Source: an uncultured Trueperaceae bacterium
GTDB lineage: Bacteria > Deinococcota > Deinococci > Deinococcales > Trueperaceae
Direction of reading: 5' to 3'
DNA length: 64,000 nt
Assembly (NCBI GenBank): GCA_963727505.1
Contig: CAVSGP010000005.1
Location: 64,001-128,000 of the forward strand
Part shown: positions 27,534-37,948 of the stretch, one piece after another
How positions within the stretch are numbered: the stretch's first letter is position 1
Layout: each line of letters begins with the position of its first letter
Program-made: the position numbers and the translations under genes
Notes under the pieces: generated by a model
What the model saw: only the letters and a program-made list of their open reading frames with translations
What the model was told of the DNA's origin: nothing
The model's database searches: none

Positions 27534-30500
27534 GGCCTCGACCGCGACGCTCCACCAGCGCGTGAGGCGCTCCGCCTCCCCCAACAGGTCCTCGGCGGCG
27601 CGCGCGTCCGAGAGGTCGCCCGCTGCCGTCCCCTGCGCCGCGAGCGCCTCCAGCACACGCTGACGCAATCCCGCTTCGTCGAGCGCCGGCCGGTCGTCGA
27701 GGTAGCCGTGGTCGAGAAGCCACTCCCGCAGCTGCTCGCGGGCGTCATTGCGGAAGCGCGCCACCTCGCCGTTCTCGAGCCCCACCAGCAATGCGCGGGC
27801 ATCCCCCCCGACGCGGGTGGAGAGGTCGTCGACCCGGTCGAGGAAGGTGGGCGTAACGGCGTCCGAGGCCTCGAGCGCGGGCCGGTCGACGGGGCGCCCT
27901 CGGCCGCGCCGCCAGCCTTCCAGGAACGGGTCGACCGCAGCGGCTCGCGCCTCGAGGCGTGCACGCTCGGCGCCGGTCAGGAGCGTGCGAGCGCCGTCGC
28001 CCCTCAGGAACGCCCGCATCGTGCCCAGGTGCTCGACGCCCGCGCGCAAGAGGCGGTGGAGTAGCGGCAGATCGTCGCGCAGCAGGTGGAAGAGGTGGCA
28101 CGCGTCGCCCGGCCGCCACGGGTCGACGGGGGGCACGCCCAGCGCGGCTCCGTACGCCTCCGGGGTGGTGCCGTCGGGCGCGGGAGGGTCGTTGTGGGCG
28201 GGAAGGGCGAGCGCTTCGGGCCCCGCGACGGCCTGGCCGAGGCGCCGCACGCGTGCGATGTCGATCAGGTGGGGTGCCCCGTCGCGCTCGGCCGCGGCTC
28301 CGTCGCGTGCCGAAGGCGTGGCGTCCCGCTCCGTCCGGGCATCCCAGAGGAGGGCGTCCTCGGGGCGGGCGGTGAGGTAGAAGAGCTGCCGGCCCCCCTC
28401 TCGCGCCAGCACGCTCAGGCTGCGGCCCACCGCGCGGAACCGTTCGACGTCGGCGGTGGTGAGCGCCTCGTCCAGGAACAGCGGCAGCGGCGCTCGTCCT
28501 CTCTCGGCCTCCGTGGCGAACGCCACCCGCACCGCCAGCAGGAGCTGCGCACGCGTTCCCGTGGAGAGCTCGGTCAGCGAGCGACGTTCACCGCTGGCGG
28601 TCTCCCGGGCCGCGAAATCGCCCTGGCGGCCGCCATCGAACAGCAGCTCGTACTGGTCGCGCGTGAAGCGGCGGAACCAGCTCGCGGCGCGCCGCAGCGC
28701 GTCGGGCTGGCTGGTCTGCTCGTGCTCGGTCTCGACCGTGTCGAGCAGGAAGGCTCCGGCCTCGGCGTAGAGAGCCTCGTCGAGCCGATCGTCGAGCGTG
28801 TCGGCGGCCTCCTGCCGCTCCTGACGCGCGCGTTCGAGATCGCGCTCGGTTCCTGCCCGCCGGACGCGTTCGCGCGTGACGGCGATCCTCTCGGAGATCT
28901 CCTTGGCGGCTGCCGCCGTCTGCCGCAGCTCCGCGCGGCCGGCGCGAAGCCCCTCGGCATCGTCGGCGTCGGCGCGTTCGAGCAGGTCCGAGCGGTGCGC
29001 CAGCTCCTGGCGCCGATCGCCCTCCCGCAGCTCGGCGGCGCGCAACGCCTCGCTCCGCTGCCGGTAGGCGTCGAGGCGTCCGAGCCGCTGGTGGAGTTGC
29101 CGTTCGGCGTCGCGCAGCCCCGCTGCACCGTCGCCGGAGTCCATCCCGGCGCCCGCGAGGAGGGCGCGAACCGCGGCGCGCGCCCGCTCCAGGTCGCGCT
29201 CGGTGCGTTCGATGGCGGCCCGCGCGCCCTCCCGGTCCTTGCGCGCGTCGTCACGCATCGTCAGGCGTCCGGAGAGAGCGCTCCAGCGCGACTCGAGCAA
29301 CGTGACCGGAGGCGCGGGCTCGTCGACCGTCTCGCCGTGCTCGTCCAGGAACGCCTGCAGGGCGGCCGTGGAGGCGTCGAGACGTTGGCGGCGCGGTGCG
29401 CGCTTGGCCTCGATGCCGCGCAGCTTGACTTCGGCGCGGTCGACCGCGTCGACCAGGCGGAGCCAGCGCTCGAGCCCGGCGTCGAGCACGGTGGGGTCGA
29501 AGCCCACGCGCTCCGCCAGCTCGCCGAGAATGCGCTCGGCCTCGACCTGCCGGGCCTGCGCCGCCGCCCGCCGACGCTCGGCCTCGGCGCGCTGTTCCAG
29601 CTGCGTGCGCAGGCCCTCGGCGCGGGCGACGGCAGCTTCGAGGGTGTCGAGACGACGGCGAATGCCCGGCGCGTCCCAGGTCTCGGGCGCGGTGAGGCCG
29701 CTCCGGCGGAAGCGCTCGCGCGCCTGGTCTCGCTCGCGGGCGGCCGCGCCGTCGCGGAGCAGCAGCGGCAGGCCTACGAGCAGCACGCCCGCAAGACCGG
29801 CCAGCAGCAGCGTCTGCGCCCCGCCCAGGAAAGCGAGCACGAGCGCGCCGCCGCCTCCTCCGAGCACGAGCGCCAGGCCGAGCCCGCGCGCCGCCGTCCA
29901 GCGCGGCCTGCGGGCGGCGGAGAGCCATCCCGCCAGGGCGTCACGCGCCGTCTTCAGGCGCTCCGGGGGTTCCTCCTCGTCGTCGGGCGTGGGCAACCGG
30001 TCGAGCTCGTGCCGGAGCTCGCGCAGCTCCGCGTCGACCGAGCGCTTCGCCTCCAGCGCCCCGTCGACGGCGCTCAGGGTGGGCGGGTCGAGCTTCGGAC
30101 CCGGGTCCGGGCGGGCCTCCGGGCCGAACGCGCGCCGCGCCAACTCGAGCTCCGCTTGCGCCTCGTGGCGACGGTCCTCCAGGGCCGCGAGCTCCGAAGC
30201 CTCGCGTTGCATCTCCTTCAGGAACTGGTTGCGTTCCTCGAGGTCCGATCGCTTCAGTGCGCTGTGCTCGAGCCCGGAGGTCTTCAGGGTCTGGCCCGCC
30301 TCTTCGTCGCGGCGCCGCGCGGCCGCGAGCTCCGCTTCGGACGCTTCGATCTCGGTGTGCAGGGCATCGAGCCGTTCCGCCTCGCCGCCTAGCAGGTGCT
30401 TCATGCCCCGCGGGAAGCCGTCGAGCTCGGCTCGCGCGCGCTCGACCTCGCGCCGCGCCTCGATGAGACCGAGCGCGTGGTCGTGGTCGTCGGCGTCGTG

Positions 30501-31085
30501 CGCCGCGGCCTCCGCCTCCCGCTCCTGCCGGAGCCAGCGTTCGATCTGCTCCTCCTGCTGGATTAGTTGCTCGCGTTCGCGCAGCACCGCGTTGAGCGCC
30601 TCGGTCGCGCGCTGGAGGCGCTTCGCTTCGCTCTGGCCGCTCCCGCGGCCGCGGAAGGGCCCGCGCTCGCGGACCTCGGCGAGGTCGTAGCCGCCGGACA
30701 GTTCGAGCGCGAGCTGTCGCGCGATGTGCGCGTCGGTCGTGCCGGGCGCGGTGAGGTCCTCGACGCCGAGCGTGTAGCAGCCGAGAAGGTGATGCTCGGG
30801 CAGGGACGGTCGCGGCACCGCCCGGCCGTCGCGGCTCCAGCTCACTGCGTCGCCGGCACGGCTCACCCGCAGCTCGCCGTCGTCGTCCTCGAACAGGGCT
30901 TCCAGGATCACGCCGGAGCCGCGCTGCTCCTCGGGGTAGAGCAGGGCCTGCACGGCGCGCAGCACGCTGCTCTTGCCCGACGCGTTGGGCCCGACCACGA
31001 CGTTCACGCCCGGATCGACGTCGGTCAGCTCGAAGCCGGGGTGGATGCCCGGCAGCCGGTCGACGCGGAGCCGTCGCAGTCTCAT
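27525..31085 (-). CDS. YhaN/SbcE-like (AAA_27, Rad50/SMC-like) coiled-coil ATPase with central TM hairpin and C-terminal extension
   Basis: Walker A 'GPNASGKSS', signature 'LSTGTRAQL', Walker B 'LFLDEAL', long coiled coils, hydrophobic apex; ATGA overlap with the upstream nuclease. Confidence 0.85.
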   Translation of the reverse strand: MRLRRLRVDRLPGIHPGFELTDVDPGVNVVVGPNASGKSSVLRAVQALLYPEEQRGSGVILEALFEDDDGELRVSRAGDAVSWSRDGRAVPRPSLPEHHLLGCYTLGVEDLTAPGTTDAHIARQLALELSGGYDLAEVRERGPFRGRGSGQSEAKRLQRATEALNAVLREREQLIQQEEQIERWLRQEREAEAAAHDADDHDHALGLIEARREVERARAELDGFPRGMKHLLGGEAERLDALHTEIEASEAELAAARRRDEEAGQTLKTSGLEHSALKRSDLEERNQFLKEMQREASELAALEDRRHEAQAELELARRAFGPEARPDPGPKLDPPTLSAVDGALEAKRSVDAELRELRHELDRLPTPDDEEEPPERLKTARDALAGWLSAARRPRWTAARGLGLALVLGGGGGALVLAFLGGAQTLLLAGLAGVLLVGLPLLLRDGAAARERDQARERFRRSGLTAPETWDAPGIRRRLDTLEAAVARAEGLRTQLEQRAEAERRRAAAQARQVEAERILGELAERVGFDPTVLDAGLERWLRLVDAVDRAEVKLRGIEAKRAPRRQRLDASTAALQAFLDEHGETVDEPAPPVTLLESRWSALSGRLTMRDDARKDREGARAAIERTERDLERARAAVRALLAGAGMDSGDGAAGLRDAERQLHQRLGRLDAYRQRSEALRAAELREGDRRQELAHRSDLLERADADDAEGLRAGRAELRQTAAAAKEISERIAVTRERVRRAGTERDLERARQERQEAADTLDDRLDEALYAEAGAFLLDTVETEHEQTSQPDALRRAASWFRRFTRDQYELLFDGGRQGDFAARETASGERRSLTELSTGTRAQLLLAVRVAFATEAERGRAPLPLFLDEALTTADVERFRAVGRSLSVLAREGGRQLFYLTARPEDALLWDARTERDATPSARDGAAAERDGAPHLIDIARVRRLGQAVAGPEALALPAHNDPPAPDGTTPEAYGAALGVPPVDPWRPGDACHLFHLLRDDLPLLHRLLRAGVEHLGTMRAFLRGDGARTLLTGAERARLEARAAAVDPFLEGWRRGRGRPVDRPALEASDAVTPTFLDRVDDLSTRVGGDARALLVGLENGEVARFRNDAREQLREWLLDHGYLDDRPALDEAGLRQRVLEALAAQGTAAGDLSDARAAEDLLGEAERLTRWWSVAVEAGA

Positions 31086-32359
31086 ACGGCCGGCTCCTTC
31101 TGGGCCAGCAGCGCGTCGAGTGCGTCCAGGGCGGCGGCCTCGAGCAGCGCGGCGACGCGCCCCTCGTCGGGAGGCGCGGCTCCGGTCGCGCTGAGGTGGC
31201 GGCGCTGGGGCACCTCGGCGAGCCGCCGGCTCGCCGCCCGGAGGAGCGCCTGTCGCGCCTCCGGCTCGCCCCGCCCTTGCAGCAGCAGCAGCTTGCGGGC
31301 GAGCAGGCCCACCGGATCGGCGCTGCGCGCCAGCGCCTCGAGGTCCCGTTCGGGGAGGGCCTTCAGCGAGGTGGCGTGCACGAAGTAGGTGGTGCCGTCG
31401 TGAGGGTAGAGACCCGATCGCGGGTCGGCGGCGGCCAACGCCTGGGCCACGCCGGCACGCAGGGCCGTGCGTCCGGTCAGGAGCAGGCGGCATCCGACGG
31501 CGGCCGCGCGGAACGGCGCCTCGGCGAGGGCGGCATGCAGCGCATCGATCGCCGCCGTGATGCGCACCGTGACGTCGGCAGGGTCGGCGAGGCCGTCCAG
31601 CGGAACTTCGACCGTCTCCCAGCGCAGCGGCGCCAGCGGTAGCGCGCTCAGCTGCAGGGTGCCGTCGGGGTCGACCTCCAGCATCCAGGCGCCGTGCGGC
31701 CCCGGCTCGCCCGGGTCGGTGCCCACCAGCGAGCCGAGGTAACCGATCGGCCGCGGGCCCGGCGTGATGTCGGGCCGGTGCACGTGCCCCAGCAGCCAGG
31801 CGTCGACCGGCGCCGCCTGCAGATCGGCCGAACGCACGGGGGCGTAGCGGCTGCCGGTCTGGTCGCGGTCGGCGTGGAGGAGCCCGATGGTGGTCTCGTG
31901 TGCGCGTGCCGGCAACCCTGCTGCCAGCGGGTCGTCGGGCGCCACGCGCGCCGGGAACGACCAGCCGAGCACGCGCACGTGGACGCCGTCCGAGCCGTGC
32001 AGCCGATGGTCCTCCCAGCGTCCGCCGCGCCCGAGCAGGGTGAAGCCGGGGACCGCCTCGGCCAGGCGGGGGAGCACCCGGACGTCGTGGTTACCCGCGA
32101 TCGCGAGCACCGGGATGCCCGCTTCGGTGAGCCGCTCGACGCCCTGCCGGAGGTCGGCGAACGCCTCGAAGAAGTCGTCGTCCTGGTCGACCACGTCACC
32201 CGCCAGCAGGAGGGCGTCGACGCCGCGGTCCAGCGCGATCTGTACGAGACGCCGCCACCCGGCCGCCGGGTCGAGGTCGTCGGCGTGGTCGGCCAGCGCC
32301 TCCGGCAGACGCGAGGGCCGCCGCCCGAGGTGGATGTCTGCCGCGCACAGGAGCCTCAC
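31082..32359 (-). CDS. YhaO/SbcD/Mre11-like metallophosphoesterase nuclease
   Basis: 'ADIHLG', 'AGDVVD', 'GNHD', 'LLH', 'LGHVH'. Confidence 0.9.
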   Translation of the reverse strand: MRLLCAADIHLGRRPSRLPEALADHADDLDPAAGWRRLVQIALDRGVDALLLAGDVVDQDDDFFEAFADLRQGVERLTEAGIPVLAIAGNHDVRVLPRLAEAVPGFTLLGRGGRWEDHRLHGSDGVHVRVLGWSFPARVAPDDPLAAGLPARAHETTIGLLHADRDQTGSRYAPVRSADLQAAPVDAWLLGHVHRPDITPGPRPIGYLGSLVGTDPGEPGPHGAWMLEVDPDGTLQLSALPLAPLRWETVEVPLDGLADPADVTVRITAAIDALHAALAEAPFRAAAVGCRLLLTGRTALRAGVAQALAAADPRSGLYPHDGTTYFVHATSLKALPERDLEALARSADPVGLLARKLLLLQGRGEPEARQALLRAASRRLAEVPQRRHLSATGAAPPDEGRVAALLEAAALDALDALLAQKEPAV

Positions 32360-32531
32360 ACGCCCCATCATGCCTGCTCGCGTCGTTCCGTGAGCGGAGG
32401 CGCCGGCACCGGCCCACGCCCGCACTCGGCGACGCCGTGGTGCGAACGCGTCGTCCGCGGCCGTCCCGGAGCGACGCGCCGTTCGCAACCCCGGCTCGAA
32501 GGGTCGCTCGCCGGCCCGTGTACCGTAGGCC

Positions 32532-33662
32532 ATGGCCGCACGCCGTCTCCTGCTCCTCGCTCCCGCGCTCGCCCTGCTGTTCCTCACGGCCTGCGTGCCG
32601 AGCGTCTACGATCACCCCTACCCGGTGAGGCCGGTCGAGCTGCCGCGCGACCAGGCGGCCCACGCCGCTCCGATCGAGTGGTGGTACTACACCGGTCACC
32701 TCACCGACCCTCAGGGGCGTCACTACGGGTTCGAGCTCACCTTCTTCAAGGCCTACCCGCCCCCGTCGATGAAGGCGTTCGGGCCGGTGCCGATGTCGGC
32801 GATCATGGAGAAGGCGTTCGTCGGGCACTTCGCGGTGACCGACCTCTCCCGCAAGACCTTCGCGAGCGCCCAGAAGTCGACGACCTGGGGCTACCAGGGG
32901 GGCGCCTCGTCGAGCCGCTTCGACGTCCACGTCGCCGACTGGTCCGCCCAGGGCGTGCCCGGCGGCAACGCTCAGCACGTCCATGCCGAGGGCGACGGCT
33001 ACAGCATCGACCTGACGCTCGACCCGCGGAAGCCCGCGGCGCTCCACGGCGACCCGCCCGGCATCCAGTCGATGGGTCCCGGCGGTACCAGCTACTACGT
33101 CTCGTACACCCGCATGGCCGTGACCGGCACGCTGGGGGTCGACTGCACCTTCTTCGGCTGCCGCGACCTGAAGGTGACCGGCCTCGCCTGGCACGACCAC
33201 CAGTGGGGCGACTTCAAGATGACCGGCTACGCCGGCTGGGACTGGTACAGCCTGCAGTTCAACGACGACACCGAGCTCATGCTCTACCTCATCCGTGGCC
33301 GGGACGGGGGCTACGCGACCGCGGCGGGCAGCTTCGTGACGAAGGACGGGCGCACCGTCCACCTCACGTCTCGGGACTTCGAGGTCACCCCCACCGGCGA
33401 GACCTGGACGAGCCCCGCCACCGGCGCGTTGTACCCGTTGAGCTGGCGCGTGCGTGTGCCCCGCTACGGCATCGACGTGACGGTGACGCCGGTGATGAAG
33501 GACCAGGAGATGAACACCCGCTCGACCACCGGCATCGTCTACTGGGAGGGCGATATGCGGGTCACGGGCTCGACGCCTGGCGTGGGATACGTCGAGCTCA
33601 CCAACTACGACCGGCATCCCTTCCGGGGCGGTTCGCGTTCGTCCTCGACAGAGGGGCCCTGA
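32532..33662 (+). CDS. AttH/CrtC-like lipocalin-fold lipoprotein
   Basis: Lipobox 'LTAC'; 'EWWYYTGHL', 'SYYVSYTRM', 'WHDHQWG', 'GWDWYSLQ', 'YWEG', 'GYVELT'; TACCGT 5 nt upstream of the ATG. Confidence 0.85.
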   Translation: MAARRLLLLAPALALLFLTACVPSVYDHPYPVRPVELPRDQAAHAAPIEWWYYTGHLTDPQGRHYGFELTFFKAYPPPSMKAFGPVPMSAIMEKAFVGHFAVTDLSRKTFASAQKSTTWGYQGGASSSRFDVHVADWSAQGVPGGNAQHVHAEGDGYSIDLTLDPRKPAALHGDPPGIQSMGPGGTSYYVSYTRMAVTGTLGVDCTFFGCRDLKVTGLAWHDHQWGDFKMTGYAGWDWYSLQFNDDTELMLYLIRGRDGGYATAAGSFVTKDGRTVHLTSRDFEVTPTGETWTSPATGALYPLSWRVRVPRYGIDVTVTPVMKDQEMNTRSTTGIVYWEGDMRVTGSTPGVGYVELTNYDRHPFRGGSRSSSTEGP

Positions 33663-33713
33663 GCCTCCGCGAGTCGATGACCGGGCCGGGTCCGGCATCG
33701 GGGCCGAACGGCG

Positions 33714-35024
33714 CTAGGGTGCACTTCTTGCCGGCGCTGCGCCGTCGGCCGTCGGCCGGGCCCGCCGCCGTCGCATGAGCGCCAGGGCGGCCAGAACGAA
33801 TGCGCCCGCCACCCAGAGCAGCCCGGCATAGCCGGTGAGTGCGGCGATGAACCCGCCCAGCAGCGAGCCGATGACCGCCGCCACGGCGCCCGAGGCGGCG
33901 TAGAGGCCCATCGCCTCGCCCTGGGGAAGGCTCGAGCTCTCCGCCGCGAGGTCGGAGCCGGACACCGCCAGCAGCGACCAGGCCAGTACGACCAGCCCGA
34001 ACCCGGCCACCGCCAGCCAACCCCGCACCGCGACGTGGGTCAGAGCGACCAGGGTGAGGAACACGAGGGCCGCCAGGCGTAGGCCGAGGCCGGTCCGGTA
34101 GACCGCGCCGGCGCTCAGGCGCCTCGAGGCGCTCCCGGCCGGCCCGTAGAGCAGCAGGCCCACCGCGGCCGCGCCCGCGAAAGCCCAGGATGCGGCTCCC
34201 GTCTGGAGGCCGAAGACGTGCCCCATCACCAGTGGGTAGAAGGAGAACAAGGCGGCGCTGCCGACGTTGCCGAGGAACCAGCTGCCAAGGAAGTCCAGGA
34301 AGGGGGAGCGGCCGTTCCGCACGAGCCTCGGCAGCTTCGTCAGCGCCCGCATGAGGTGTGGCAGGTGCGCGTGGCTCATCATCGTGCCGAGCACCATGCC
34401 GCCATGGCGGGCGTGGTGGTGTCCGGCGACCGGCCGCTCCGTCGGCGTCGACATCGGCACGACCCGGAACATCGCCGCAGCCAGCACGGCCGCGAAGCCC
34501 GCGAAGCCGAGCGCCAAGGAGGCGCGCGACGCGCCGAAGGCGCCGGCCACCACCAGGCCCACGACCTGCCCCGCTCCGTAGAAGGTTTGCAGCCAACCGA
34601 AGCGGGCCCCCCACGACGCTCGTGGATGCCGCTCCGTGATGAACAGATTGGCGACGGTCGCGGTCGCCGACGCCGCCAGCCCGATGACCAGCGCCGTCAT
34701 GACGAACCAGCCCAGGCTGTGCCTGAGCGGGAACGCGCCGATGCCGGCGGCCAGGACCGCCAATCCCAACGCGTACAGCGGACGGTGCGATCCCGTCCTG
34801 TCAGCGAGCGCGCCCCATAGCGGCGCCGCCAGCATGCCGAGGTTGAAGGCCGCCATGACCAGGCCGGGAGCGGTCGGGCCACCCGTGCGCTCCGCCAGCA
34901 GCGGCAGCGCGATGGGCGCTACGCCCGCGATGACGAGCCCCAGCAGGGCATAGGACAGGTACCAGCGCTGGATGGGTCCGGAAGTGTCGGTGACGACGTC
35001 GGGCTTCGCCGGCGGACGTTCCAT
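33714..35024 (-). CDS. MFS transporter with His-rich central loop
   Basis: Motif A 'WGALADRTGSHR'; about 12 TM; loop 'GHHHARHGG...HAHLPH'. Confidence 0.85.
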   Translation of the reverse strand: MERPPAKPDVVTDTSGPIQRWYLSYALLGLVIAGVAPIALPLLAERTGGPTAPGLVMAAFNLGMLAAPLWGALADRTGSHRPLYALGLAVLAAGIGAFPLRHSLGWFVMTALVIGLAASATATVANLFITERHPRASWGARFGWLQTFYGAGQVVGLVVAGAFGASRASLALGFAGFAAVLAAAMFRVVPMSTPTERPVAGHHHARHGGMVLGTMMSHAHLPHLMRALTKLPRLVRNGRSPFLDFLGSWFLGNVGSAALFSFYPLVMGHVFGLQTGAASWAFAGAAAVGLLLYGPAGSASRRLSAGAVYRTGLGLRLAALVFLTLVALTHVAVRGWLAVAGFGLVVLAWSLLAVSGSDLAAESSSLPQGEAMGLYAASGAVAAVIGSLLGGFIAALTGYAGLLWVAGAFVLAALALMRRRRARPTADGAAPARSAP

Positions 35025-35315
35025 GCGGTCACTCCTTCGCCGCGAAGAGCCGGGAGTCTTGCCCCCGGCGACCCAACCAGCTATATCAGACCGCCCCGGA
35101 ATCGGCGGTAGTCCTCCGCGCGGACGCGGAGGGCATCTGACCCTTCCCCCTCCGCACGACCGGCGCTAGCATGCCTTCGGCGCGGCGGCCCGCCGAGCCG
35201 CGGCACGTCCCATCGGGGTGTGTTCGCGCCCGCCGCCGACGACGTCGCCGAGGGGCTTCGGCCCAACGGCGCCCGCGTGCGAGCGGACCGTCCACGCCGG
35301 GAAGAAGGCGTGTCG

Positions 35316-37874
35316 ATGGATGCATCGCGCCCTCGTTCGCAGCGCCCCGAGTCTCCCCCTAGAAAGCAGCAACGTTCCGACAAGGACGTGACGCCCTCCG
35401 GGCAGGACGCCAGAGAGCTGGCGGAGGTGCCCGTCGAGGAGCTCTTCCGACGCTTCGAGAGCGGCCCCGACGGCCTATCCGGAGAGGAGGCCGCCGTGCG
35501 CCTGGAGCGTTACGGCCGCAACTCCGTCGAGGATCGTCACGAGAGCGCACTCCTGAAGCTGCTCGGCTTCTTCTGGGGGCCGATCGCCTGGATGATCGAA
35601 GTCGCGGCCGTATTGTCGGCGGTGGTCGGTCACTGGACCGATCTCATCGTCATCGTGGTGATGCTGCTGTTCAATGCCCTGGTCGGTTTCTGGCACGAGT
35701 TCCAGGCGTCGAACGCGGTGGAGGCCCTGAAGAAGCAGCTCGCGTTGCACGCGCGCGTCCGACGCGACGGTCGATGGGCCCAGATCGACGCGGCCGCGTT
35801 GGTTCCGGGCGACATCGTGCGGCTCCGGCTCGGCGACGTGGTGCCGGCCGACGTCAAGCTGGTCGAAGGCGACTACCTGTCGATCGACCAGTCCGCCTTG
35901 ACCGGCGAGTCGCTGCCGGTCGACAAGGCCGCGGGCGATCTCGGCTTCTCCGGGTCGGTGGTGCGTCAGGGCGAGATGTCGGGCCTGGTCGTGGCTACGG
36001 GCGGGAACACCTTCTTCGGCCGTACGGCGCAGCTGGTCGCCGGCGCCAAGTCCGAGTCGCACTTCCAACGTGCCATCCTGTCGATCGGCGACTACCTGAT
36101 CTACCTGAGTCTCGGTCTGGTGGCGGCGCTGGTGGTGGTCGAGCTCTTCCGCGGCACGCCGTTCCTGGAGCTGGCGCAGTTCGCGCTGATCCTGACGGTG
36201 GCCTCCATCCCGGTGGCGATGCCGGCCGTGCTCAGCGTCACCATGGCGATCGGCGCCACGGTACTGGCCCGCATGAAGGCCATCGTGGCGCGCCTCGAGT
36301 CGATCGAGGAGATGGCCGGCATGGACGTGCTGTGCTCGGACAAGACCGGCACGCTCACGATGAACGAGTTGCAGCTCGGCGAGCCCGTGCTGTTCGGCGA
36401 CGCCGACGAGAGGACCCTGCTGACGGCCGCGGCGCTCGCCTCCGACGAGGCCAATGCCGACGCCATCGACCAGGCGGTGCTGGCGGGGGCCGCCGAGGCG
36501 GGGGCGGCGGCGGGCGGCTTCCAGCGCGATAGCTACGTGCCCTTCGACCCGGTCAAGAAGCGCAGCGAGGCCCGTGCAACGTCCGCGGAGGGGGATTCCT
36601 GGCGCGTGACCAAGGGTGCGGCGCAGGCCGTGCTGGCGCTCGTCGACCTCGACGAGGACGCGCTGCACGCGGTGCACGCGAAGGTCGGTGAGCTCGCCCA
36701 CCACGGCTACCGCACTCTCGCGGTGGCCCGCGCCGTGGGTGAGGAGCCGTGGCGGATCCTGGGGTTGCTGGCGCTGTCCGATCCTCCGCGGAGCGACTCC
36801 GCCGACACCATCAGGCAGGCGCGGGAGCACGGCATCGAGGTCAAGATGGTCACCGGCGACAACCTGGCGATCGGCAAGCAGATCGCCGGGGACCTGGACC
36901 TGGGGACCGACCTGTTGCCGGCCGGGAACCTGTTCGAGGAGGGGCACCCGGAGAAGGATACGAATGACTGGGTCGAGCGGGCCGACGGCTTCGCGGAGGT
37001 CTTCCCGGAGCACAAGTACCGCATCGTGAAGGCGCTGCAGGCGCGGGGGCACATCGTCGGCATGACCGGCGACGGCGTCAACGACGCACCCGCTCTGAAG
37101 CAGGCCGATGTCGGCATCGCCGTGAGCGGCGCCACGGATGCCGCGCGCAGCGCAGCCGACCTGGTGCTCACCGCTCCGGGGCTGTCGGTCATCGTACGGG
37201 CCGTGGAGGAGGCCCGGCGCACCTTCGAGCGGATGAACTCCTACGCCATCTACCGCATCACCGAAACGATCCGCATCATCTTCTTCGTCACGCTGGCGAT
37301 GATCGTCTTCCGCACCTACCCGATCACCGCCATCATGGTCATTCTGCTCGCCCTGCTGAACGACCTTCCGATCCTCACGATCGCGTTCGACCGGACGGTG
37401 CTCGCCGACGAGCCGGTGCGCTGGGACATGCGGCGCGTGCTCACCATGGCGACCGCGCTCGGGCTGGTGGGGGTCGTGGAGACGTTCGCGCTGCTGGCAC
37501 TGGCGCGCGCCTACCTGCCGCTGGACACGAGCCAGCTGCAGACCCTCATCTACCTCAAGCTCGCGGTCGCCGGCCACCTGACCCTGTTCGTGGCCCGCCA
37601 GCGCGGCTTCTTCCTGTCCCGGCCCTTCCCCGGTCCCGCACTGCTCGTCGCGATCCTCGGCACGCAGGCGGTCGCGGTGCTGATCGTGGGCTTCGGTGTC
37701 TTCGTCGCGGCCATCCCCTGGTGGGCGGTCGCCGCGGTGTGGGCGTACTGCCTGGTATTCGTGTTCATCGAGGACGCGCTCAAGCTCGCCGTGTACAAGA
37801 CCCTCGATCTCGGCGGGCCGGGACACCGGAGCTTCCTGCAGCGCCTGCAGCAGAGGCTGCACAGTCACGCGTAG
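35316..37874 (+). CDS. P-type ATPase, P3A plasma-membrane proton-efflux family
   Basis: 'LTGES', 'ASIPVAMP', 'CSDKTGTLT', 'KGA', 'MVTGD', 'MTGDGVNDAPALK', 'YRITETIR', 'LLNDLPILTIAFD'. Confidence 0.92.
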   Translation: MDASRPRSQRPESPPRKQQRSDKDVTPSGQDARELAEVPVEELFRRFESGPDGLSGEEAAVRLERYGRNSVEDRHESALLKLLGFFWGPIAWMIEVAAVLSAVVGHWTDLIVIVVMLLFNALVGFWHEFQASNAVEALKKQLALHARVRRDGRWAQIDAAALVPGDIVRLRLGDVVPADVKLVEGDYLSIDQSALTGESLPVDKAAGDLGFSGSVVRQGEMSGLVVATGGNTFFGRTAQLVAGAKSESHFQRAILSIGDYLIYLSLGLVAALVVVELFRGTPFLELAQFALILTVASIPVAMPAVLSVTMAIGATVLARMKAIVARLESIEEMAGMDVLCSDKTGTLTMNELQLGEPVLFGDADERTLLTAAALASDEANADAIDQAVLAGAAEAGAAAGGFQRDSYVPFDPVKKRSEARATSAEGDSWRVTKGAAQAVLALVDLDEDALHAVHAKVGELAHHGYRTLAVARAVGEEPWRILGLLALSDPPRSDSADTIRQAREHGIEVKMVTGDNLAIGKQIAGDLDLGTDLLPAGNLFEEGHPEKDTNDWVERADGFAEVFPEHKYRIVKALQARGHIVGMTGDGVNDAPALKQADVGIAVSGATDAARSAADLVLTAPGLSVIVRAVEEARRTFERMNSYAIYRITETIRIIFFVTLAMIVFRTYPITAIMVILLALLNDLPILTIAFDRTVLADEPVRWDMRRVLTMATALGLVGVVETFALLALARAYLPLDTSQLQTLIYLKLAVAGHLTLFVARQRGFFLSRPFPGPALLVAILGTQAVAVLIVGFGVFVAAIPWWAVAAVWAYCLVFVFIEDALKLAVYKTLDLGGPGHRSFLQRLQQRLHSHA

Positions 37875-37948
37875 CCGGGTGAACGAAGCGGGACGTTTGA
37901 CTAAAGTTGCCGTTCGGTGGAAAGGCCGTCTGGCGCACTTGCCCTGGC

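Noticed and set aside
26426..27964. Minus-strand ORF encoding (PGFES)n pentapeptide repeats
   Set aside because: It overlaps lacD antisense and the ATPase 3' end out of frame; the peptide repeat only reflects the DNA minisatellite.
32532..33662. Carotenoid hydratase CrtC
   Set aside because: It has a lipoprotein signal and no crt neighbours; only the AttH/CrtC-like fold is supported.
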